Assembly (NCBI GenBank): GCA_963845145.1
Contig: CAWJQU010000017.1
Coordinates: 1 to 64,000 of the forward strand
Origin: an uncultured delta proteobacterium
Lineage (GTDB): Bacteria > Desulfobacterota > Desulfobacteria > Desulfobacterales > QNYZ01
Length of the DNA stretch: 64,000 bases
Reading direction: 5' to 3'
Made by a program: the position numbers and the translations under genes. The notes under the pieces were generated by a model, which ran no database searches, had not been told where the DNA came from, and saw nothing but the letters and a program-made list of their open reading frames with translations. This document shows positions 42,322-50,962 of the stretch, piece by piece (position 1 is the stretch's first letter; the number at the start of each line of letters is the position of its first letter).

Positions 42322-42410
42322 TTTGTGGTAGATGGGTCAGGTGCGCCATTGGATACCGGAGGTGACAGTCACTTGACCCCGGCGTTTATGTTGCAGCGAG
42401 GATAAATCCA

Positions 42411-42968
42411 ATGCTTAACGATCTGTATGAAGAAACCCAAAGCGAAATGGAAAAGGCCGTCATTTCTTTAAAAAAGGAACTGGACCGTGTTCGCACGGGC
42501 CGGGCTTCTTTGACCCTTATGGACGGCATTCGTGTTGATTACTACGGCACTTCAACCCCATTAAATCAAATGGCCACCCTGGGTGTCCCGGAAAGCCGCC
42601 TGATCACCATCCAGCCTTGGGATGCATCGGTGATCAAGGATATCGAAAAAGCCATCCTGGCGTCGGATCTGGGGTTAACCCCTTCCTCGGATGGGAAGAT
42701 GATCCGAATTGCCATCCCGCCTTTGACTGAAGACCGGCGTAAAGAATTGGTCAAGCGTGTGAATAAAATCTGCGAAGACCATAAAATCGGTGTTCGCAAT
42801 GTCCGGCGGGACTCCAATGAAATGATCAAAAGCTTTAAAAAAGATGGCGATATCGCCGAGGACGATGCCTTTAAGGCCAATGACGCGGTTCAAAAAATCA
42901 CAGACGATTACATTAAAAAGATCGACATGATCTACACGGAAAAAGAGAAAGAAATTCTTGAATTCTAA
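42411..42968 (+). CDS. frr: Ribosome recycling factor
   Basis: RTGRA, VDYYG, PPLTEDRRK, RNVRRD. Confidence 0.98.
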   Translation: MLNDLYEETQSEMEKAVISLKKELDRVRTGRASLTLMDGIRVDYYGTSTPLNQMATLGVPESRLITIQPWDASVIKDIEKAILASDLGLTPSSDGKMIRIAIPPLTEDRRKELVKRVNKICEDHKIGVRNVRRDSNEMIKSFKKDGDIAEDDAFKANDAVQKITDDYIKKIDMIYTEKEKEILEF

Positions 42969-43701
42969 TCCCGCCGTCAATTCTGCGCACATCGATCGGT
43001 TGCCCATGCCTGCCCATGTTGCTATTATCATGGATGGTAACGGTCGGTGGGCCAAGAAGCGTTCGTGGCGAAGGGTTCAGGGGCATGAGAAAGGGGCTGA
43101 AACCGTACGCACCATTGTTCGTGCCAGCCGGGAAGCGGGTATCCGTGTATTGACGCTTTACGCCTTTTCCACGGAGAATTGGCAACGGCCTGAAAAAGAA
43201 GTCAAAGCCTTGATGCGCCTGTTGAAGAAATTTTTAAAAGCGGAAGCAGCGGAAATGGTGGAAACCAATATCTGTCTGGAAGCCATCGGCCAGGTAGAAC
43301 GCCTGCCGGAGGATGTCGCCCGGGAGCTGGCCCGGGTGCGCCAACTTACCGCTGCGAACGATGGCATGCGCCTTAACCTGGCATTGAGCTATGGCGGGCG
43401 GAGCGAGATTGTTCGCATGGTTCGTCATCTGGCAGCGCAGGTTGCTGCCGGGAAAACGACGACCCAAGATATCAACGAAAGACTGGTATCAGATCACCTC
43501 TATACCGCCGGCCAGCCTGATCCGGATGTATTGATTCGTACAAGTGGCGAGATGCGTATTAGCAATTTTTTGCTGTGGCAGATCGCTTATAGTGAGATAT
43601 TCGTAACCGATACCTTGTGGCCCGATTTTTCAAAAGAGGAATATCTCTCTATTCTGGAGGCCTACCGGCGCCGGGAGCGTCGTTTTGGTAACGCAAATTA
43701 A
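42958..43701 (+). CDS. uppS: Undecaprenyl diphosphate synthase
   Basis: IMDGNGRWA, FSTENW.RP, RTSGE.RISNFLLWQ. Confidence 0.97.
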   Translation: MNSNPAVNSAHIDRLPMPAHVAIIMDGNGRWAKKRSWRRVQGHEKGAETVRTIVRASREAGIRVLTLYAFSTENWQRPEKEVKALMRLLKKFLKAEAAEMVETNICLEAIGQVERLPEDVARELARVRQLTAANDGMRLNLALSYGGRSEIVRMVRHLAAQVAAGKTTTQDINERLVSDHLYTAGQPDPDVLIRTSGEMRISNFLLWQIAYSEIFVTDTLWPDFSKEEYLSILEAYRRRERRFGNAN

Positions 43702-43803
43702 TTAGCTCGGCCTGCCAGTCGGTCAACTGTTGGCCGGCCGTGCCGATCGAACCAGCGGTCGATGGTTCCAACGGCCGACTGGCTGAACGGCAGACTGGAG
43801 AAT

Positions 43804-44613
43804 ATGCATTCAACCCGCTGGATTACCGGCCTGATCGCCGCCCCGCTTTTGATTCTACTTATCGTTGCGGGTGGTCGCACCTTGTTTACGCTGTTTGTGG
43901 CTACCGCCGCGATGGCGGCCGTTTGGGAATACAACCGGATATTTTTTCACACCACCTCTGAGAAAAAACCTGCCCGATACTTTCTCCCCGAATATGTTTT
44001 TTCTGCGCTCATCGTGCTGGTTGCCGGCACAGGTGCCCCGGAATGGGTACTGTTTACCCTTTTTGCCGGTCTTGTCGGTCTGGGCTTTTTTTCGCTGTGG
44101 CGATTCAAAGATGAATCTCAAGTGGGGAAAATGGTCGCGGGCCAGATTCAGGGGATTGTCTACATTGCGCTTCCACTTGCCCTTATCGTCCTGATTCGCA
44201 CCGGCAACGCCGGCCGATTCTGGGTTTTGGCGCTTTTAGTCACCATATTTGCCGGCGACACGGCGGCCTATTATTGCGGAACGTATCTGGGAAAACGCAA
44301 ACTCTGCCCCTGGGTGAGTCCTAAAAAAACGGTCGAAGGTGCCCTGGGCGGTCTGGCCGCTAATTTTATGGTTGGATTTATTTTAAAACTGTTTTTTCTG
44401 CCCCAGGTCGGTTGGATTTCGGTGCTGGTAATGTGTGTTCTTTTGGGTGCCGTGGGCCAGGTCGGGGATTTGTTTGAATCCGTACTAAAGCGTACTGCCG
44501 ATATTAAGGATTCCGGGAATATTTTACCCGGCCACGGCGGCATTCTCGATCGCATTGATGCGCTTTTATTCGCCGCCCCGGTGGCGTGGATTTTTATCGC
44601 GAAAGTACTTTAA
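43804..44613 (+). CDS. cdsA: Phosphatidate cytidylyltransferase
   Basis: SPKKTVEG, GDLFES..KR...KDSG..LPGHGG.LDR.D. Confidence 0.97.
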   Translation: MHSTRWITGLIAAPLLILLIVAGGRTLFTLFVATAAMAAVWEYNRIFFHTTSEKKPARYFLPEYVFSALIVLVAGTGAPEWVLFTLFAGLVGLGFFSLWRFKDESQVGKMVAGQIQGIVYIALPLALIVLIRTGNAGRFWVLALLVTIFAGDTAAYYCGTYLGKRKLCPWVSPKKTVEGALGGLAANFMVGFILKLFFLPQVGWISVLVMCVLLGAVGQVGDLFESVLKRTADIKDSGNILPGHGGILDRIDALLFAAPVAWIFIAKVL

Positions 44614-45771
44614 ATGATGACCCGTTATCTGAGCATTCTAGGGGCCACTGGCTCCATTGGTCAAAATACCTTGGAAATTGTGGATCGGTTTCCCGATCGA
44701 TTTAAGGTAAAAGCCTTGTCGGCCAAAAGCCAAATGTCCCTGCTGGCCGAGCAGATCAGACGCTATCATCCGGAGGTGGTGGCGGTTGGGGACGAACAGC
44801 GGGCCGAGGAATTAAGTGCTTTATTGCGCAATGATACTGATGTCGAGATCGTTTTCGGTGAATCAGGGCTTTGCCACATTGTTGCCCTGCACGACGTCAA
44901 TCTGGTGGTGACTGCCGTGGTGGGCGCAGTGGGACTTTTGCCGACGCTGGCAGCCATTGATGCGGGTAAGGACATCGCCCTGGCCAACAAGGAAACCCTG
45001 GTCATGGCAGGGCAGGTCGTCATGCATCGGGCCGCCGAAAAAGGGATTCATATTTTCCCGGTGGATAGTGAACACAGTGCTATCTTTCAGTGTCTGGCCG
45101 GCAATCGGAAACAAGATGTCGAGCGTATTCTGCTCACCGGATCAGGCGGTCCGTTCCGAACCATGCCCAAAAATCAATTTGATTCGGTGGGTATTGAAGA
45201 GGCTTTAAACCACCCCAACTGGGAGATGGGACGAAAAATTACGATCGATTCGGCCACTATGATGAACAAAGGGCTGGAGATCATCGAGGCCAAATGGTTG
45301 TTCGATGTTTCAGTGGACACCATTCAGGTGCTTGTTCACCCACAAAGTATTGTCCATTCCATGGTGGCTTTCAAGGACGGATCGGTCATTGCCCAGCTGG
45401 GGGTTCCGGATATGAAAGGGGCCATCGCCTGTGCGCTTTCGTGGCCCGAACGCCTGAATATCGGTCAACCGGTGCCTGATTTTCCGGCCTTGCACCAATT
45501 GACGTTTGAGGCTCCGGACACGGCTAAGTTTAGCTGCTTGCGGATAGCGATGGAGGCGTGTGCTGCCGCCGGAACCATGCCGGCCGTTTTGAACGCGGCC
45601 AATGAAATGGCGGTTTATGCTTTCTTAGATGGCAAAATTGGTTTTACGGCCATTCCCAGGCTGATTCAAACCGTGATGGAAGATCACCACTGGCAGGCCG
45701 ACCCGGCACTGGAAGATATTATCGGCGCCGATCGATGGGCTCGGGAAGCGGCACAACGGGTGATGGCGTAG
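44614..45771 (+). CDS. dxr: 1-deoxy-D-xylulose-5-phosphate reductoisomerase
   Basis: GATGSIG, LANKE, PVDSEH, HPNW.MG.KITIDSAT. Confidence 0.98.
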   Translation: MMTRYLSILGATGSIGQNTLEIVDRFPDRFKVKALSAKSQMSLLAEQIRRYHPEVVAVGDEQRAEELSALLRNDTDVEIVFGESGLCHIVALHDVNLVVTAVVGAVGLLPTLAAIDAGKDIALANKETLVMAGQVVMHRAAEKGIHIFPVDSEHSAIFQCLAGNRKQDVERILLTGSGGPFRTMPKNQFDSVGIEEALNHPNWEMGRKITIDSATMMNKGLEIIEAKWLFDVSVDTIQVLVHPQSIVHSMVAFKDGSVIAQLGVPDMKGAIACALSWPERLNIGQPVPDFPALHQLTFEAPDTAKFSCLRIAMEACAAAGTMPAVLNAANEMAVYAFLDGKIGFTAIPRLIQTVMEDHHWQADPALEDIIGADRWAREAAQRVMA

Positions 45772-45953
45772 GGATAAACAGAGAAAAGTTTTGGGATTGA
45801 AGGGGTCAGGGGGGCGAGGAAGGGGATCGGCAACCGGTGGCAATTGGCTTGTCGCAATACCGCGAAGATCCCCATTGTGGAAACCCCAGGCCCTTTTGTT
45901 ATCCGAAAGAACCGAAGAACAATAAACCATAATCAATTCAAACGAGCTTTTTT

Positions 45954-47039
45954 ATGAACAGTATATTTGCCTTTATCATCGTTTTGGGTGTTTTGATTTT
46001 CGTTCATGAGTTCGGCCATTTTATCGTGGCTCGATTCTGTGGCGTCGGCGTAGAGAAATTTTCTCTGGGGTTCGGGCCGCGCATATTCGGCAGAAAATTC
46101 GGCATGACCGATTATCGGGTGTCGGCCGTACCATTAGGGGGGTACGTTAAAATGGTGGGTGAAGAGCCGGATGCTGACATTTCCGAAGAGATGTTGCCCT
46201 TGTCCTTTACCCACAAGCCCGTATGGAAACGTTTTCTGATCGTGGCAGCCGGACCTGGGTTCAATCTGTTTCTGGCGGTCGTTATTTTTTTCTTCCTTAA
46301 CCTGTTCGTGGGTTTGTTTATTCTTAAATCCACCATTGGCGACATCAAACCGGATTCTCCCGCTGCGGCTGCAGGAATCAGCGCCGGTGATGAAGTGGTC
46401 GCCATTGACGGCCAGGGGGTGGACAGTTGGGTTAAAATGGCCGAACTGATTTCCGGTAGCGGGGGGCGGGAGCTGGAAATAACGGTGCGCCGTGATGGGG
46501 CAGTGGTCAATCATCGCTTGCAGCCCACCAAGATTACGGATAAAAATCTTTTCGGTGAGGAGGTGGAGCGTTACGTCATCGGGATTACTTCGGCCGGGGA
46601 TGTATATACTCAAAAATACGGGATTGTAGCCGCTATGAAGCAAGGGGTGGTGCAAACCTGGCGTATTGTCGAACTGACCGTTCTGAGCGTTGCCAAAATC
46701 ATTTCGGGCAAAATTTCGGCCCGTAATATCGGCGGCCCGGTTGCCATCGCCCAGATGGCTGGCCAGCAGGCGCAGCAGGGGATAGTCAGCTTAATTTCGT
46801 TTATTGCTCTTTTGAGCGTCAACCTGGCCATCTTGAACTTTCTTCCGATCCCCGTACTGGACGGCGGCCATCTGCTTTTCTTTGCCATCGAAGCGATCAT
46901 ACGCCGGCCGGTCAGCATTCGCGTGCGGGAAGTGGCCCAGCAGGCGGGTATTTTCCTGTTGATTCTGTTGATGATTCTCGTTTTTTATAATGATATCAGC
47001 AATTGGATGACCGGTTGGACACCTTTGGGGGGAAATTGA
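45954..47039 (+). CDS. rseP: RIP metalloprotease RseP
   Basis: HEFGH, PLGGYVKM, PDZ domain, NFLPIPVLDGG. Confidence 0.97.
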   Translation: MNSIFAFIIVLGVLIFVHEFGHFIVARFCGVGVEKFSLGFGPRIFGRKFGMTDYRVSAVPLGGYVKMVGEEPDADISEEMLPLSFTHKPVWKRFLIVAAGPGFNLFLAVVIFFFLNLFVGLFILKSTIGDIKPDSPAAAAGISAGDEVVAIDGQGVDSWVKMAELISGSGGRELEITVRRDGAVVNHRLQPTKITDKNLFGEEVERYVIGITSAGDVYTQKYGIVAAMKQGVVQTWRIVELTVLSVAKIISGKISARNIGGPVAIAQMAGQQAQQGIVSLISFIALLSVNLAILNFLPIPVLDGGHLLFFAIEAIIRRPVSIRVREVAQQAGIFLLILLMILVFYNDISNWMTGWTPLGGN

Positions 47040-47114
47040 GATCAGGTAAATTTGGAAAAATAGTGGCAATAATGGTGGCAGAAATTGAATACATGTCATA
47101 GTGAAGGACGGGAT

Positions 47115-50111
47115 ATGGCTCACCGGCTGGAAATCACATTAATAGACGATCTGGTTGATGCTGAAGGCGAAAGTATTCGCCGCAAAGCCAGGGACTATTT
47201 TGGTCTTGCTATTGACCGGGTGCGGGTGGTGAAGATTGTCACCATCGATGCCGATCTGACACCGGAACAACTTGAAACCATTCAAACGGGCATCTTCACC
47301 AATCCCGTAACCCAGGTGTCGTCCTATCAACCGCTGTCGATTCCTTTTGATGGTTGTGTCTGGGTCGGATACCGTCCCGGCGTTAAAGACAATCCCGGCG
47401 CCACGGCCATCGAAGCGATCGAAGATATTCTGGGACGCCCTTTTCAACCGGAAGAGGCCGTTTACACGTCCCAGCGTTTTTGTTTTACCGGGGCCGGGCT
47501 AACGCCCGAAGCGATGGACACCATCGCTGGTGAGTTGTTGGCCAATGATATCATTCAGCAGTGGCGGGTGTATCAGCCGGCTGACTGGTCTAAAGAGGCG
47601 GGGATCGGGCTGATTTTACCCAGGGTTGTCCTCGATCATCAGCCCACCCTGACAACCATTTCCGTTGACAGCGATGCCGTCTTGGAAAAACTTAGCGATG
47701 AGCGCAACCTGGCCTTGCATCCCCATGATATTCCGATTATCCGCACCTATTTTCAAAATGAAACCAATCGATCCGAGCGCGCGGCCCAAGGACTTGACGA
47801 GCCTACCGATTTAGAGCTGGAGTACATCTCCCAGGCTCGTAGCGATCATTGCAACCACAATACCTTCAGGGGGCGGTTTTGCTATAAGGATCTGGAAACC
47901 GGAACCGAAGTAGTGGAAGATAACCTCTTTAAAACCTACATTGAGGCGCCGACATTAGCGTTAAAAGAAAAAAAATCTTGGGTGATATCGGTGTTATGGG
48001 ACAATGCCGGGATCGGGCGTTTTGATAATGCGCATAACTACGTGATCACCGGAGAGACTCACAACTCGCCTTCCAATATGGAAGCTTACGGTGGCGCTAT
48101 TACCGGCATTGTCGGTGTCTATCGGGATCCTTTGGGGACGGGAAAAGGGGCCCGGTTGATTATGGGCGGATATGGGTATTGTGTCGGTCCCAGGGAGTAC
48201 GGCGGCCCTCTGCAACCGCGACTTCACCCCCGGCGACTGTTGGACGGGGTGATTGAAGGGGTTCGGGACGGCGGTAACAAAAGCGGTATCCCCACAACCT
48301 TCGGGCAGGTGATGTTTCATCCGGGTTATCTGGGTAAATGTCTGGTTTTTGTTACCGCGGTGGGTTTAATGCCGGCCACCGTGGCGGGGACACCATCCCA
48401 AGAAAAGCACACCTCTCCCGGTGATCTGGCTATTATGTGCGGTGGCCGGGTCGGTAAAGACGGCATTCACGGGGTGACCGCCTCGTCGGAGAGCTTTTCG
48501 GAAAACACGCCGGCCGGACATGTTCAGATCGGTGATCCGTATACCCAAAAGAAAATGCACGACTTCCTTCTCGAAGCTCGGGACGAGGGACTGATTCAGT
48601 TTGTCACAGATAACGGCGGTGGGGGCCTCTCTTCCTCGGTGGGGGAATCGGCACGGTTTTCCAATGGTTGCGAAATTGACCTTGAAAAGATCCCGCTGAA
48701 ATACGACGGCCTCGATCAATGGGAGATCTGGGTGTCGGAATCCCAGGAGCGGATGACCGTGGCGATTCGGCCTGAAGATCTGGAGCGGTTTATGGCCCTT
48801 TCCAATCGTCATGCCGTGGAGAGTTCGGTCATCGGCCGTTACACGGACTCTGGAAAGCTGCATATCCGCTATCAAGGCCGAACATGCGCCTATGTCAACA
48901 TGGATCTTCTCGAGTCCGGATTCCCCCAATGGGCGTTTGATGCCGTGTGGCAATCACCGGACCAGCGGGGATTGCACGAACCGGTTATAGGGGAACCGTC
49001 CGATTATAAACAATTGATCAAAGAGATGCTGGCTAGACCCAATATTGCCTCTACCGAATGGATCGCCCGCCAGTATGATCACGAGGTCCAGGGAACCAGC
49101 ATCGTCAAACCGCTGGTGGGAAAAGAACGGGATGTTCCCAGCGATGCGGCCGTGATCCGTCCTGTATTGACCTCGGAAAAAGGGCTGGCCTTTTCCCAGG
49201 CACTCCTGCCGCTTTATTCGGCTATCGATGCCTATCACATGACCGCAGCCACCATTGATGAAGCCGTGCGACGGATTCTGGCCGTAGGCGGCGATCCGGA
49301 CCATATCGGCGGGGTGGACAATTTTTGCTGGCCCACCATTCAGTATCATCCGGTAAATAATCCCGATGGCAAATTCAAGGCTGCCCAGCTGGTGCGCTCC
49401 TGCCGGGCGTTGAAAGAGATATGCCTGGCCTATGAAATCCCCTTATTATCCGGAAAAGACAGCATGTATGTCGACGGGCATCTGCCGGGTAAATACGGGG
49501 AGGCGCATAAAGTCTCGGCCCTTGCCACCATGCAGTTTTCGACCATTTCGTTGGTTGAGGATGTGGGCCACTGCGTGACCATGGATGCCAAGGCCGCCGG
49601 GGATTTGGTTTATATGCTCGGTGTCACGCGCAATGAATTGGGCGGGTCCGAGTATTACGACCATCATGGATATATCGGAAAAAATGTGCCCCAGGTGGAT
49701 TCTGCAGCTTTTAAGATGCTTTACCGGGCTCTGGCGAAAGCCAACCGTGAGGGGATTGTGGCGTCGGCCCATGGGGTCTATGCCGGCGGGCTTGGCGTAC
49801 ACATGGCCTTAACTGCCATGGCAGGGGGCCTCGGCCTCTCAGTCGATCTATCCAAGGTTCCAGTGGAAGATGTGGCTCGCGACGATCAACTGCTGTTTTC
49901 CGAGTCGGCGGGCCGTTTTATCGTTACCATCGATCCGACCAGAAAAACCGATTTTGAAAAAAGATTTAGCAGCCTGCCCCATGCCCAAATTGGGCATGTA
50001 TCGGAAGATGCAGCGTTAACGATTTATGGCCTGGATGGCGTATCAATTTTAACTGTTTCCGTAGATGAACTGAAAACGGTTTGGCAACAACCGTTCGGAG
50101 AACTGCAATGA
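47115..50111 (+). CDS. purL: FGAM synthase synthetase subunit with fused N-terminal PurS-like region
   Basis: SDHCNH, ETHNSPS, GGRVGKDGIHG, SESQERM, QYDHEV, SGKDS. Confidence 0.93.
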   Translation: MAHRLEITLIDDLVDAEGESIRRKARDYFGLAIDRVRVVKIVTIDADLTPEQLETIQTGIFTNPVTQVSSYQPLSIPFDGCVWVGYRPGVKDNPGATAIEAIEDILGRPFQPEEAVYTSQRFCFTGAGLTPEAMDTIAGELLANDIIQQWRVYQPADWSKEAGIGLILPRVVLDHQPTLTTISVDSDAVLEKLSDERNLALHPHDIPIIRTYFQNETNRSERAAQGLDEPTDLELEYISQARSDHCNHNTFRGRFCYKDLETGTEVVEDNLFKTYIEAPTLALKEKKSWVISVLWDNAGIGRFDNAHNYVITGETHNSPSNMEAYGGAITGIVGVYRDPLGTGKGARLIMGGYGYCVGPREYGGPLQPRLHPRRLLDGVIEGVRDGGNKSGIPTTFGQVMFHPGYLGKCLVFVTAVGLMPATVAGTPSQEKHTSPGDLAIMCGGRVGKDGIHGVTASSESFSENTPAGHVQIGDPYTQKKMHDFLLEARDEGLIQFVTDNGGGGLSSSVGESARFSNGCEIDLEKIPLKYDGLDQWEIWVSESQERMTVAIRPEDLERFMALSNRHAVESSVIGRYTDSGKLHIRYQGRTCAYVNMDLLESGFPQWAFDAVWQSPDQRGLHEPVIGEPSDYKQLIKEMLARPNIASTEWIARQYDHEVQGTSIVKPLVGKERDVPSDAAVIRPVLTSEKGLAFSQALLPLYSAIDAYHMTAATIDEAVRRILAVGGDPDHIGGVDNFCWPTIQYHPVNNPDGKFKAAQLVRSCRALKEICLAYEIPLLSGKDSMYVDGHLPGKYGEAHKVSALATMQFSTISLVEDVGHCVTMDAKAAGDLVYMLGVTRNELGGSEYYDHHGYIGKNVPQVDSAAFKMLYRALAKANREGIVASAHGVYAGGLGVHMALTAMAGGLGLSVDLSKVPVEDVARDDQLLFSESAGRFIVTIDPTRKTDFEKRFSSLPHAQIGHVSEDAALTIYGLDGVSILTVSVDELKTVWQQPFGELQ

Positions 50112-50926
50112 GTAAGATAAATGCCTTGGTCTTAGCAGGCTACGGGCTAAACTGCGATACCGAAACCGCCCACGCCTGCGAGCTGGCCGGCATGGCACCC
50201 ACCCGTGTGCATATCAATGCCCTGATCGACGGCAGTGTCACCCTGGACGACTTTCAGCTGATGGTATTGATCGGCGGCTTCAGCTGGGGGGATGATCACG
50301 GGGGAGGGGTCGTACAGGCTGTTCGAATGAAAACCCATATCGGCGATCAGATGCTGGCCTTCATCGAGCGGGGCAACCTGCTGTTCGGCATCTGCAATGG
50401 TTTTCAGGTCCTGGCGAATATGGGTCTTTTGCCCGGATTCGATAACGACTATACCCGGCGTCTGGCGGCAGTAACCTACAACGATTGCGGCAATTTTCGG
50501 GACCAGTGGGTCCGATTGCGGATCAACGACCGCTCACCGTGCGTCTTTACCCGAGGCATCGAATGTATCGATTTGCCTGTACGCCACGGCGAGGGGAAGT
50601 TTTATGCCCGGGCCGATGTTGTTTCCCGGCTTGAATCCACGGATCAAATCGTCATGCAATATGCCACCGGTGACGGACAAGCCGCTGCAGGCCAATTTCC
50701 AGACAATCCCAACGGGTCGATTCTCGATATTGCCGGTATTTGTGATCCCACCGGCCGAATTTTCGGGTTGATGCCCCACCCGGAAGCCTACAATCACCCT
50801 GCCAACCATCCGGATTGGTTTCTTCAGCGTGAGTTGCGTCGCCGTTCAGGAGAGAAGGCGTCATCTTTCGGTTTAACCGGGATTCGGTTGTTTGAAAACG
50901 CAGCCGACTTTCTAAGTCGTTCATAA
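50108..50926 (+). CDS. purQ: FGAM synthase glutaminase subunit
   Basis: GGFSWGD, GICNGFQ, HGEG, NPNGS, MPHPE. Confidence 0.95.
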   Translation: MSKINALVLAGYGLNCDTETAHACELAGMAPTRVHINALIDGSVTLDDFQLMVLIGGFSWGDDHGGGVVQAVRMKTHIGDQMLAFIERGNLLFGICNGFQVLANMGLLPGFDNDYTRRLAAVTYNDCGNFRDQWVRLRINDRSPCVFTRGIECIDLPVRHGEGKFYARADVVSRLESTDQIVMQYATGDGQAAAGQFPDNPNGSILDIAGICDPTGRIFGLMPHPEAYNHPANHPDWFLQRELRRRSGEKASSFGLTGIRLFENAADFLSRS

Positions 50927-50962
50927 AGCAATCTAAATATATGGCAGGCGATCTAATTCATC

